Positions 15,527-24,086 of a stretch of 32,000 bases of DNA are shown here, piece by piece. This stretch comes from Limnochordales bacterium (GTDB lineage Bacteria > Bacillota > Limnochordia > Limnochordales > Geochordaceae). A program made the translations under genes and the position numbers. The stretch is from contig DATCKA010000068.1 of assembly GCA_036562495.1 (NCBI GenBank), positions 1 to 32,000 on the forward strand. Direction: 5' to 3'. Each line of letters starts with the position of its first letter. Position 1 is the stretch's first letter. The notes beneath the pieces were generated by a model. The model was given only the letters and a program-made list of their open reading frames with translations, did not search any database and had not been told where the DNA came from.

Positions 15527-17856
15527 GGCGTCACGGGCCTTTGGAGCCGCTCCACCAGGGCCTGCCACTGCGCCTCATCGGCCAGGCTGCCGGGCCGGTC
15601 CTGTCCCAGCGCCACCATGGTAGCGGGAAAGGCCTTGACCTGGTAAGCCAGGGCCACCTGGCGGTGGACAGGGTCGTAGCGGAGGAGGATGGCCCGGCAG
15701 TCGTCGTCGAGGGCCACCCCCACCTGGGCCGACACCAGGCCGCCGAGGCGCAGGTCCCACGCGCCCTCGCCCACCAGCACCCACCGCGGCAGCACCCGCA
15801 GGTGGGCGCTCACGTCGGCCCGCTCCAGCCGGTCCTCCAGCGGGTCGTAGCGGGCACCGAGCCTCAGGCCCGCCCGGTCCGTCGCCTCCCAGGCCACCGC
15901 CGCCCCCACCTCGTCGAAGGCGTCCATCTCCGGCCGGTAGCGGCCGATGACCTCGGCCCGGCCCAGGCCGCTCGTCCAGGCCAGGCGTCCGACGATGGCC
16001 TCCCACCGCGCCTCGGCGATGCGGTACCCGGCCGAGAGGCTGCCCTCCAGCCCGTGCCCCCGTGCCCGCAGGGAGCCGGTCGCGAGGCCCCAACGTTGCA
16101 GGACGAGATCATAGGTGGCCGACAGCGAGGCCCTGAGCGGCCTGCCCTCTCCCGCCACCCCCGTCAACGTCAGCGTCTCCTCGTCATCGACCTGGTCGAA
16201 GACGAAGGGCGACCGGCCCGAGCCCAACGGGACCTCTAGCCGATAGACGCCCTGCAGGTAGGCCGAGCGTCCGGCCGGCCACCGGGCCGATGCCGACGTC
16301 GTCACCGACACCTGGCGGTCGCCGCCCAGGTACGCCGCCCCGCTGAGCGCTCCCCGGGCCTCTAGCTGCCACGCCCCGAGGCGCGCCGGCCCCGCCTGCA
16401 GGCGGAGCGCGCCCATGGCTCGCCCGTCGGCCACGGCCTCATCGAGGCTGGCATCTCCCTCGGCCGGCCGCACCTCCTCGTAGCGCCCCACCGAGGCCTC
16501 GGCCTCCAGCCGGACGCCCCCCTCACCTCCCCAGGCGCCGAGAGGCAGCCGGGCCGTCAGCTCCGGGAGGGCCGTCACGCTCCGCCACTCGGTGGCTGCG
16601 GCCGGGTCGTCGAACCGGTCGGGGTGCGTCGTGTGGGAGGCCGAGAGGGCCACCTGCGCTTCGCCCAGCCGACGCGCCAGCGTCGCCGCCATGTCCCAGG
16701 CGTCACCGGGCACCTGCCCGGGCGGGGCGGAGTAGAGATCCCAGCGGCCCGCCACCGACAGCCGCCATGGGCCCTCGCCGGGCGTCTCGAGCTGGAGCTT
16801 CCCTGTCGTAGCCCCCTGCAGGGGCCCGCCCTGGCCCTCTGCCGGCAGCGTGCCCTGGCCTCGAGAGGCGATGGAGAGCCCCCATTGGGGGATAGAGCCG
16901 GCCAGCGTGGCCTCGCCGTGGTAGAGAAGGCCTTGCCCCGAGGCTCGCCGGGCGCCCTCGGCGCGCCACGAGAGCCGTCCGTCGCCTGCCACCAGCTCGC
17001 CCTCTGCACCCGCCCGCAGGTCCGGTGGGGAACCGTCAGGGCCACGCAGCGTGCCGCCCATCCAGATGGCGGCCCATGTGTCGCCGTCGTCGTAGAGCGC
17101 CTGGTACAGCTCGAGCCCGGGGCCGAGCCGCTGGAAGTAGTCGATCCCGACGTAGCCGTAGGTCGCACCCGGTCCCATGTAGGGGAAGCGAGACCGGACG
17201 TACCATCCCTCCCGCGCCCCGTAGCCCACCTCGGGCGGCACCAGTCGCCCGGCCCGCGGGTTTTCGAGGGAGAAGTGGAGGTACGGCCAGTAGAAGAGGG
17301 GGATGCCGCTCTCCCAAAAGACGGCGTGATGGGCCGCCACGTCCTTGCCGGGACGTACCTCCAGGCTTCGCACGGTCACCCGGTAGTGGGCCAGCTCCAT
17401 GGGCAACGGACAGGTCGTCAGCACGGCACCCGACGCCCGGATCTCGGTCGCATCGCCCTCCATGCCGGTCGCCTCCATGAAGACCGGCCCCTCGACGCCC
17501 TCGGCCTCGAAGCGCGCGCGGGCCTCCTGCACACTCACCTGGCCGGTGCGCAGGTCCACCCGTGCCGTGTCGCCCTCCAGCACCTGCCCCGGCCGCCGGG
17601 CCCGGACCTGGCCGTAGAAGGCGATGACCCGCTCGACGTCGTCGTAGACGGCCTGGTGCGCCTCCACCTCCAGCTCGCCCTGGACGAAGCGCACCCCTCC
17701 CTCGGCCTGCACCCGGGGAGGCGCGATGGCGGCCACGGCGCCGTCGGCCAGCTCCAGGCGCCATGCCTCTTCGGCTGCCGCCGTCCCCGGTGCTGCGCCG
17801 GCCGCCAGGGCCACAGCCAGGGCGAAAGCGGCCGCGACGCCGAGCCGGGCGTTCAT
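15523..17856 (-). CDS. lptD: LPS-assembly outer-membrane protein LptD (OstA N-domain plus beta-barrel)
   Basis: 777 aa from ATG 17856..17854 (ATGA overlap with the upstream stop). Signal peptide MNARLGVAAAFALAVALAAGAAPGTAAA, an OstA-like N-domain, then LTTCPLPMELAHYRVTVRSLEV...AAHHAVFWESGIPLFYWPYLHFSL, typical of LptD, and a long beta-rich C-terminal region. The track's 1086-aa version adds a spurious 309-aa extension. Confidence 0.8.
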   Translation of the reverse strand: MNARLGVAAAFALAVALAAGAAPGTAAAEEAWRLELADGAVAAIAPPRVQAEGGVRFVQGELEVEAHQAVYDDVERVIAFYGQVRARRPGQVLEGDTARVDLRTGQVSVQEARARFEAEGVEGPVFMEATGMEGDATEIRASGAVLTTCPLPMELAHYRVTVRSLEVRPGKDVAAHHAVFWESGIPLFYWPYLHFSLENPRAGRLVPPEVGYGAREGWYVRSRFPYMGPGATYGYVGIDYFQRLGPGLELYQALYDDGDTWAAIWMGGTLRGPDGSPPDLRAGAEGELVAGDGRLSWRAEGARRASGQGLLYHGEATLAGSIPQWGLSIASRGQGTLPAEGQGGPLQGATTGKLQLETPGEGPWRLSVAGRWDLYSAPPGQVPGDAWDMAATLARRLGEAQVALSASHTTHPDRFDDPAAATEWRSVTALPELTARLPLGAWGGEGGVRLEAEASVGRYEEVRPAEGDASLDEAVADGRAMGALRLQAGPARLGAWQLEARGALSGAAYLGGDRQVSVTTSASARWPAGRSAYLQGVYRLEVPLGSGRSPFVFDQVDDEETLTLTGVAGEGRPLRASLSATYDLVLQRWGLATGSLRARGHGLEGSLSAGYRIAEARWEAIVGRLAWTSGLGRAEVIGRYRPEMDAFDEVGAAVAWEATDRAGLRLGARYDPLEDRLERADVSAHLRVLPRWVLVGEGAWDLRLGGLVSAQVGVALDDDCRAILLRYDPVHRQVALAYQVKAFPATMVALGQDRPGSLADEAQWQALVERLQRPVTP

Positions 17857-18950
17857 GCCGCCCATTCCGCCCTGACGTAGAGCCACGCGGCGGCCGCCAG
17901 GCACAGCACGTTGGGCAGCCACGCCGCCAGCAGCGGGTCCATCGCACCCGAGTTGCCCAGTGAGCGGGAAAGCGCGAAGACCACGTAATAGAGCAGCGCC
18001 AGTCCCAGGCTGGCCGCCATCCCGAAGGCCCGCCCGCCGCGCCGCCCGTAGAGGCTCAGGGGCAGCCCCAGCACAGCCAGCACGAGATTGGAGACCGGCA
18101 GCGCCAGCTTGAAGTGGTAGTCGACCATCATGGCCCGCGCCACCACGCCGGCCTGGCGCAGCCGACGGATCTGCTCGCCCAGCTCCCGCCGGCTCATCTC
18201 CTCGGTGCGCTTCTGGGAGCCCAGGTAGTCTTCGGCCGGCTCGGGCAGCGTCAACTCGTAGCGCGCCATGGCCGATTCGAGCTGGACGAACCCGTCCCGG
18301 TCCAGTTGCTTCATGGTGACGCCCTCGAGGTGCCAGGTGCGGCCTTCGTACCAGCCCTCCCGGGCGGTGTAGATCACCGGGAAGGTGCCGGGGCGCAGCT
18401 CGTAGACGATGACGTCGAAGAGATGGCGGCTGGCGCGGTCGACGCGCCGCACGTAAAACCACTGGTGGGGCGAGCCGCGGAAGAAGACGTTGTCGGAGAT
18501 GGCCGGCACCGGGTCGGCCTGAATCGCTCGGCGCAACTCCACCTCGTAACGATGGTTGGCGACGGGCACCACGTACTCGTTGAGCAGGTACGCCCCCACG
18601 CTGATGGCCGCGCCCAGCACGACGATGGGCATCCCGATGCGAAGGACGCTCAAGCCCGAGGTGCGCATCACCGTCATCTCGCCGTCCCGCACCAGGCGGC
18701 CGGCCGACAGCAGGGTGCCGAAGAGCGAGGCGATGGGCAGGGCGATGGACAGCGCCTCCGGCAGCTTGAGCGCCAGCAGCCACAGCGTGGTGGCTGCCGA
18801 CGCCCGCTGCACCACCAGCATGTCGGTCAGCTGGAAGATGGGTCCCGTCAGCAGCAGGACCAGGAAGCCCGCGGCCGTCGCCGCGAAGGGCCCGATGAAC
18901 TCAGCGGCGACGTAGCGGTCGAGGCGACGGATCCGCAGCGGCGGCGGCAC
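17853..18950 (-). CDS. LptF/LptG family LPS export permease (YjgP/YjgQ)
   Basis: 365 aa with a GTG start. RIRRLDRYVAAEFIGPFAATAAGFLVLLL and MTVMRTSGLSVLRIGMPIVVLGAAISVGAYLLNEYVVP. A periplasmic beta-jellyroll insert sits between TM3 and TM4, followed by three C-terminal TM segments. It is the only copy in the window. Confidence 0.85.
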   Translation of the reverse strand: MPPPLRIRRLDRYVAAEFIGPFAATAAGFLVLLLTGPIFQLTDMLVVQRASAATTLWLLALKLPEALSIALPIASLFGTLLSAGRLVRDGEMTVMRTSGLSVLRIGMPIVVLGAAISVGAYLLNEYVVPVANHRYEVELRRAIQADPVPAISDNVFFRGSPHQWFYVRRVDRASRHLFDVIVYELRPGTFPVIYTAREGWYEGRTWHLEGVTMKQLDRDGFVQLESAMARYELTLPEPAEDYLGSQKRTEEMSRRELGEQIRRLRQAGVVARAMMVDYHFKLALPVSNLVLAVLGLPLSLYGRRGGRAFGMAASLGLALLYYVVFALSRSLGNSGAMDPLLAAWLPNVLCLAAAAWLYVRAEWAA

Positions 18951-18968
18951 CGGCTCCCTGCGCCCTCC

Positions 18969-19886
18969 TCACCGCAGGGCCGCGATGAGCCCGATCTGGT
19001 GGATGCCGCCGTAGGCCGGGCCGCCGAGGAAGGCGTAGCTGACGGCCCAACGCTTGCCCGGCTCCTCGACGCCGGCTCCCAGCAGGAAGCCTTCGCCACG
19101 GGACGAGCTCTCGTAGCCCAGGCGCAGGGCCACGGGAGCCGCCGGGTACAGCCGGGTCTCCAGGCGCACCGTGCGGCCCGTGCTGACGTCCAGCAGGTCC
19201 AGGGCATTGGCCTCCAGCACCAGGTAAGCGTTGGCCTCGTAGGCGATGCCCACGCCCAGGGCCGGTGACCTCGCCTCCGCCCACTGCTCGGCAGAGCCGC
19301 CGACGCCGACCTGGCGCACCTCCAGCAGCGAGTCGAGCCGCGCGGATGCGGACACCCGATCGCTCAGCGCCGAGATGAGGCCGATGTCGACCCCCAGGTA
19401 GTGGTCTTCGCGAGGTCGGCCGGAGCCTGGCATCTCCCCGCGGACCCGCCGGTAGTGCCCCGCCACGCCCAGGGCCCAGTCGGGCCCCATGCTCATGGCG
19501 TACCCGTAGCCTACGCCCAGCTCCGTCACCGATGATGGCAACGAGCCGACAAGAGCGTCTCGCCCGCCGTGCGAGACCCACAGCGCCCAACCCTCGCCGT
19601 CGGCTCCCTCCGCCCAGCCGACCGTGTGGACGAAGGACGCCGCGTCCCCGACGGTGCCGTCCCTCACGGTGACGGCCGCGCCCCACCGCCCGCCCTCCAG
19701 CAGGGCAGGCCCGGCCGGATTGGCCAGGGCCCGAAAGGGGTCGTCGGGAGCCGCCTGGGTGGCCAGCGCCTCGAAGAGCGCGGCCTGCGGCGGTGCGGGG
19801 GGCACCGCCTGGCCGGCGAGCGCAGACGTGACGCCCCCGCCGAGGAGCCATGCCCCCAGCGTCCATGAGACGAGCCCTACGCCCAT
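18969..19886 (-). CDS. Hypothetical secreted beta-rich protein; putative outer-membrane beta-barrel
   Basis: Signal peptide MGVGLVSWTLGAWLLGGGVTSALAGQA. An N-proximal FRALANPAG motif resembles the N-terminal motif of some OM channel families. Alternating hydrophobic strands (LGVGYGYAMSM, ALGVAGHY, LGVDIGLISAL, ALGVGIAYEA, VALRLGYES, WAVSYAFL). The longest-ORF start is 19937. I prefer ATG 19886, downstream of the preceding stop. Confidence 0.5.
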   Translation of the reverse strand: MGVGLVSWTLGAWLLGGGVTSALAGQAVPPAPPQAALFEALATQAAPDDPFRALANPAGPALLEGGRWGAAVTVRDGTVGDAASFVHTVGWAEGADGEGWALWVSHGGRDALVGSLPSSVTELGVGYGYAMSMGPDWALGVAGHYRRVRGEMPGSGRPREDHYLGVDIGLISALSDRVSASARLDSLLEVRQVGVGGSAEQWAEARSPALGVGIAYEANAYLVLEANALDLLDVSTGRTVRLETRLYPAAPVALRLGYESSSRGEGFLLGAGVEEPGKRWAVSYAFLGGPAYGGIHQIGLIAALR

Positions 19887-19902
19887 GCGGCGAAGAGCCC
19901 TG

Positions 19903-20574
19903 TCACGGCATCGAACGGATGATGATGCCCGCCACAACGTCGAGCGCCCCCCTGTCCCGCACGCCGATCCCCACGGTGAAGTTGGGTCCGAACTGGAAGT
20001 TGACGCCGCCTCCCAGCGACGTGCCGTCGTAGTCGATGCCGACCGCCACGACGGGCCTCGGCAGGCTGCCGGGGCGCCTCACGGTCACGGGGTTGAGCAG
20101 GGCGTCGAGCCCGGCGAACGCGGACAATCGCTCTTGCCCGCCGGACCGGATGCCGGCGTGCACCCGCAGCAAGGGGCCCGGTAGCCGGTGGCTCGCCACC
20201 AGATAGCCCTCATCGCCCTCGATGCCCACGGCCACCGCCGGCACCGGTCCCTCCTCCTCCAGCAGCCGAAAGCGTGCCAGCAGCCCCAACGGGGCCTCGT
20301 CGGTGGACGCATCGGATGCCAGCGTCAGCCCCAGCTCCAGGGCGTCCGTCAACTGGTAACGCAGGAAGCTGAAGATCCGCTCGCCGGTCATCACGTTGAG
20401 ACCGGCGGTAAACTGGCCGGCCGGGCCGGTGTCGGCCGTGGGCACGTTGACCATGGCCGTGGTGCGGCTGCCGGCCAGGGTCTCGGCTCGGGTGACCTGC
20501 GCCCCCCACGGCCACGTCCCCACCAGCAGCGCCAGCACCGCCACCGTCGACCAACGCCTCATCCGTGTCACCAT
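19903..20574 (-). CDS. Hypothetical secreted beta-rich protein; putative outer-membrane protein
   Basis: Signal peptide MRRWSTVAVLALLVGTWPWGAQVTRAE, then beta-strand-like segments (QFTAGLNVMTG, LELGLTLASD, VAVGIEGDEGYLVAS, VVAVGIDYDG, GGGVNFQFGPNFTVGIGV). Candidate starts are GTG 20589, ATG 20574 and ATG 20562. I recognise no family. Confidence 0.45.
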   Translation of the reverse strand: MVTRMRRWSTVAVLALLVGTWPWGAQVTRAETLAGSRTTAMVNVPTADTGPAGQFTAGLNVMTGERIFSFLRYQLTDALELGLTLASDASTDEAPLGLLARFRLLEEEGPVPAVAVGIEGDEGYLVASHRLPGPLLRVHAGIRSGGQERLSAFAGLDALLNPVTVRRPGSLPRPVVAVGIDYDGTSLGGGVNFQFGPNFTVGIGVRDRGALDVVAGIIIRSMP

Positions 20575-20578
20575 GCCG

Positions 20579-21616
20579 TCACCCGCCACCCTCCTCCAGG
20601 CGCGCGACGCGTCGTTCCAGCTCGCGTAGTTGCTGCATCAGCTCCGGCAGCCTGCGGGAGGCCGCCCAGACCCTCAGGGCCTGGGCATGGGGCATGGCCG
20701 GCTCGCCGGCCACCCGGGCACGGGGAGGTACGTCGTCGATGACCATGGCCCGCGCGGCGACGACAGCTTCCTCCCCGACGCGGACGTGGTCCCGGATCCC
20801 CGCCTGCCCGGCCAGGATCGCCCTCGCCCCGATGCGGGCCGACCCGGCGATCCCCGCCTGCCCCACCACGATGGCGTGAGGCCCGATGCGCACGTTGTGG
20901 GCGATCTGCACCAGATTGTCGATCTTGGCGCCGTGCCCGACCACGGTCGCTCCGCAGCTGGCCCGATCGATGCAGACGTTGGCGCCTACCTCTACATCGT
21001 CTTCGATGACGACGGTGCCGATCTGCGGGCGACGGCGGTGACGGCCGTCGTGCGTCGTAAAGCCAAACCCCTCGGAGCCGATGACGGTGCCCGCGCCGAT
21101 CACGACGCGGTTGCCGATCCGCACCCGCTCGCGGATGACGGCGTTGGCGTGGATGATGCATCCCTCGCCCACGATGACGTCGTCGGCGATGACCGCTCCC
21201 GGGAAGACGATCGAGCCCCTGCCCAGCCGGGTCCGCTCTCCGATGTAGGCCCGAGCACCGACCCGGACATCGGGCCCCAGGGACGCCGTGGCCGCCACCG
21301 TGGCGGTGGGGTGTACCCCGGGCTCCGGGAGCCAGGGCTCGGGTGCGAAGAGCTCCATCAAGGCATCGAAGGCACCTCGGGGATCGGCCACCTCGATGCA
21401 CGGGCGCCCGGGCACGGCACCCCCGACCGGCACCACCACGGCCCCTACCGGCCGTTCGCCGATCTCCTCCCAGTAGCGCGCCGACGTCGCCAGCGTCACG
21501 TCCGATGGGCCCGCCTGGTCGGCGGGCGCCACCCCCGTGACGACGGCGGCAGGGTCGCCTCCGACCAGGCGACCCTGCACGTGTCGGGCGATCTCAGCCA
21601 GGGAGAGGCATCGCAT
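20579..21616 (-). CDS. lpxD: UDP-3-O-acylglucosamine N-acyltransferase LpxD
   Basis: 345 aa from ATG 21616. N-domain LSLAEIARHVQGRLVGGDPAAVVTGVAPADQAGPSDVTL, hexapeptide repeats, GSEGFGF, IGTVVIEDDVEVGANVCIDR, IDNLVQIAHNVRIG, and a C-terminal helix. The track ORF is extended by 58 spurious codons over skp. Confidence 0.95.
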   Translation of the reverse strand: MRCLSLAEIARHVQGRLVGGDPAAVVTGVAPADQAGPSDVTLATSARYWEEIGERPVGAVVVPVGGAVPGRPCIEVADPRGAFDALMELFAPEPWLPEPGVHPTATVAATASLGPDVRVGARAYIGERTRLGRGSIVFPGAVIADDVIVGEGCIIHANAVIRERVRIGNRVVIGAGTVIGSEGFGFTTHDGRHRRRPQIGTVVIEDDVEVGANVCIDRASCGATVVGHGAKIDNLVQIAHNVRIGPHAIVVGQAGIAGSARIGARAILAGQAGIRDHVRVGEEAVVAARAMVIDDVPPRARVAGEPAMPHAQALRVWAASRRLPELMQQLRELERRVARLEEGGG

Positions 21617-21620
21617 GGCG

Positions 21621-22175
21621 TCAGCGACCGGAGGAGGCGTCGCCCGCCACCTTGACGCCCAGCTCGCGCAGCACCTCGTCGGTGGCGTCGTAGCCGCCCC
21701 AGATGACCAGGTTCTTGTCGAGGACGACCTCGAGGCCCAGGCGCTGGGCCACCTTGCCGATGGCTTCGCGCACCTTCGGCAGGCGGGCATCGAGCATCTC
21801 CTGCTTGCGCTTGTCCAGCCGCTGCTGGTACTGCATGAAGAGCTGCTGCTTCTCGTCCCGGATCTGGGTGGCCAGGCGCTCGCGCTCCTGCTCGTCGAGG
21901 CCCTTGGCGCGCTCCTCCAGCTGCTTGTCGAGCTTGGCCAGCTCCTTGTCCAGCTCGGCCTGGAGCCGCTCCGTCTCCTGGCGCAGCGGCTCGCTCAAGG
22001 TGGGCTCCAGGTACTCACGCGCCACCCGGTTGACGTCCACGTAGCCGATGACGCTCTCAGGCTTGGCCGATGTGGCGCTCCAGACGGCCAGGCCTGCCGC
22101 CAGCACCAGCAGCGCTGCCCCGATGATGATCCGCACCCTCTGCGGCAGCGCCCCCAGCCTGCTTACCCACTCCAT
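21621..22175 (-). CDS. skp: OmpH/Skp family periplasmic chaperone
   Basis: N-terminal hydrophobic segment IIIGAALLVLAAGLAVWSA, IGYVDVNRV, and a long charged helical arm (ETERLQAELDKELAKLDKQLEERAKGLDEQERERLATQIRDEKQQLFMQYQQRL...). It occupies the classic bamA-skp-lpxD position. The start is ATG 22175 (GGAAGGCGGGA upstream) or ATG 22208. Confidence 0.8.
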   Translation of the reverse strand: MEWVSRLGALPQRVRIIIGAALLVLAAGLAVWSATSAKPESVIGYVDVNRVAREYLEPTLSEPLRQETERLQAELDKELAKLDKQLEERAKGLDEQERERLATQIRDEKQQLFMQYQQRLDKRKQEMLDARLPKVREAIGKVAQRLGLEVVLDKNLVIWGGYDATDEVLRELGVKVAGDASSGR

Positions 22176-22215
22176 CGCCGTCCCGCCTTCCCAAGTCCCT
22201 TGATGCATGCGCCGG

Positions 22216-24000
22216 CTAAAACTGCTGACCGATGCTGAAGTTGAACCGACCCGGCTCGTGCGGGCTCATCCCGTAATCCAGCCGGATCATGCCGAGAGCC
22301 CCGATGTCGATGCGCAGGCCGAAGCCAGCGTCCCACTTGAGCTCGCTCAGGTCCACCGGCTGGCCCTCATCCCATGCCTGCCCGGCGTCGAGGAAGAGGA
22401 CCCCCGAGATGGGCTTGTAGATGGGGAACCGGTACTCCACGTTGGCCAGCAGCATGGTGTCGCCCACGATGTCGTGAACGTCGTACCCGCGCAACCCGTC
22501 GGCCCCGCCGAGCCGGAAGCGCTCCTGGTCCGGCGTCTGGTCGGTGTCACCCGTCGCGATGAGCCTGCCGACGCTCAGCCGCCCGGCCAGGACATGCCGG
22601 CTGTCGCGGATGGTGACGGGGACGTAGTGCGAGTAGCTGCTCTCCGCCTTGACGAAGTGGAAGTCGCCCCCGAGCCCCGCCACCTCGCCGGAGAGCCGCA
22701 GTCGATACCCCGTCGTCGGATTGTAGGGATGGTCGCTGGTGTCCGTCACGGTGCTGAGCCCCACGCTGCGAAGCGTGCCGGTCTGGGTGGGCCCGCTGCC
22801 TGGCTGGTCGACGAGGGGCGCGGCGGTCACCCAGTTGGCAAAGGTCAGGTAGCCTCGCGTGTACTCCGACAGGGGCCGCCCCAGGGTCAGCTCGCCGCCG
22901 TAACGCCGATCCCAGTACCACGTGTCCTCCGCGTCGGGGGCCAGCCGCTTGGTCTGCTGCCAGCCGATCCGCACGCCGAGCGACGTCCCGCTGGCGTCCA
23001 GGTACGGCTCCGTGAAGCTGATGTGGTAGCGCTGCGCATCGGGCCCATAGCTGAGGGTGAGCCCCACCTGCTGGGCCCGGCCCAGGAAGTTGCCGTCCGA
23101 GATCTCGACGAAGCCCGCCAGGCCCTCCCCGACGGTGTAGGTCATACCCAGCTGCACGTTGCCCGTGCGGCGCTCCTTGACCCGCACCACCACGGCCACC
23201 TCGTCGGGCCGCTCCGGCACCTCGCGCAGGTCGGCGTTGACCTCTTCGAACAAGCCGAGCATCAGCACGCGACGCAGGCCCAGCTCGAGGTCGCTGCGGA
23301 CCAGCACCTCGCCGGGCTCCATGCGCAGCTCCCGGGTGATGACGTAGTCCCTGGTCTTCTCGTTGCCCTCGAGATCGATGGCCCCGACCTTGACCGGCAC
23401 CAGGGCCACCCGCAACGTGCCGTCGTCCTCGAGCTGCAACCGCGACGGCATCACCAGCACGCCGAAGCGCTGCCAGACGAGGGCGGGCAACTCCTGCACC
23501 TCGCGGGCGACGGTGGGGCCGTGCACCACCTGGCCCGCGGGCAGCTGCAGGAGCGCGACGACGTCGTCGGCCTGCACCTTCTGGCGCTCCAGCACCGGCG
23601 CCAGGTCATCCGAGGGCTCCAGCACGACCCGGCGCAGGACCGGGTTTTCGACCACCGAGAAGACGACCCGTACCAGCTGGGGGCCGTTGCCGTCACGTCC
23701 CGTGGAGAGGCTCTGGATGTCCACCGAGACGCTCTTGAAATAGCCCAGGTCCAGGACGGCCTGCATGTCGGCCTGGACGTCCTCCCGGCGGAGCGGCTTG
23801 CCGGGTTGGGTCCGGGTGATGGCGTCGAGGATGGTCACCGCCTCGATCTGGTCGTTGCCGCTCACCACCACCGCCCTCACCTCGGCCTCGGGCATCTCGG
23901 GTTGGGTGGCGGCCTGCACCCCCTCGAGGGAGGCCAGCGCCAGCAACAACAGCGAAGCGAGGATCAGTCGGGATTGCAACTTCGCCCGGCGTGCATGCAA
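22216..24000 (-). CDS. bamA: Outer-membrane protein assembly factor BamA (Omp85), apparently with three POTRA domains
   Basis: 594 aa. TTG start at 24000 with GGAGGTGA 9 nt upstream. Signal peptide LILASLLLLALASLEGVQA. Three POTRA-like units (about aa 41-125, 126-210, 211-286). Omp85 barrel with RFRLGGADGLRGY, and a C-terminal ending of FNFSIGQQF with terminal Phe. Confidence 0.9.
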   Translation of the reverse strand: MHARRAKLQSRLILASLLLLALASLEGVQAATQPEMPEAEVRAVVVSGNDQIEAVTILDAITRTQPGKPLRREDVQADMQAVLDLGYFKSVSVDIQSLSTGRDGNGPQLVRVVFSVVENPVLRRVVLEPSDDLAPVLERQKVQADDVVALLQLPAGQVVHGPTVAREVQELPALVWQRFGVLVMPSRLQLEDDGTLRVALVPVKVGAIDLEGNEKTRDYVITRELRMEPGEVLVRSDLELGLRRVLMLGLFEEVNADLREVPERPDEVAVVVRVKERRTGNVQLGMTYTVGEGLAGFVEISDGNFLGRAQQVGLTLSYGPDAQRYHISFTEPYLDASGTSLGVRIGWQQTKRLAPDAEDTWYWDRRYGGELTLGRPLSEYTRGYLTFANWVTAAPLVDQPGSGPTQTGTLRSVGLSTVTDTSDHPYNPTTGYRLRLSGEVAGLGGDFHFVKAESSYSHYVPVTIRDSRHVLAGRLSVGRLIATGDTDQTPDQERFRLGGADGLRGYDVHDIVGDTMLLANVEYRFPIYKPISGVLFLDAGQAWDEGQPVDLSELKWDAGFGLRIDIGALGMIRLDYGMSPHEPGRFNFSIGQQF

Positions 24001-24009
24001 TGGGGCCGG

Positions 24010-24017
24010 TCACCTCC
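24010..24017 (-). promoter_or_regulatory. Shine-Dalgarno site for bamA (GGAGGTGA)
   Basis: The plus-strand sequence tcacctcc at 24010-24017 reverse-complements to GGAGGTGA, 9 nt upstream of the in-frame TTG at 24000. No in-frame ATG is available there. Confidence 0.6.
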
Positions 24018-24086
24018 GCCTCTCGCCATGCGTCTTTCGGGGCCTGCCGTGGCGCTCCTCTTGTCAGTTGAGCCTTGGGATGTCAC

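Noticed and set aside
15523-18783. 1086-aa minus-strand ORF taken at face value as a giant LptD
   Set aside because: The first ~309 codons overlap the lptF/G gene in another frame and are R/G/P/A-rich. A clean signal peptide (MNARLGVAAAFALAVALAAGA...) begins at ATG 17856, which forms an ATGA overlap with the lptF/G stop. I therefore truncated the gene to 15523..17856.
24001-24086. Possible terminator between tamB and bamA (CGCCA...TGGCG pairing)
   Set aside because: The stem is 5 bp with a ~21-nt loop and no T-run, which is not a credible intrinsic terminator. Only the SD for bamA is reported.
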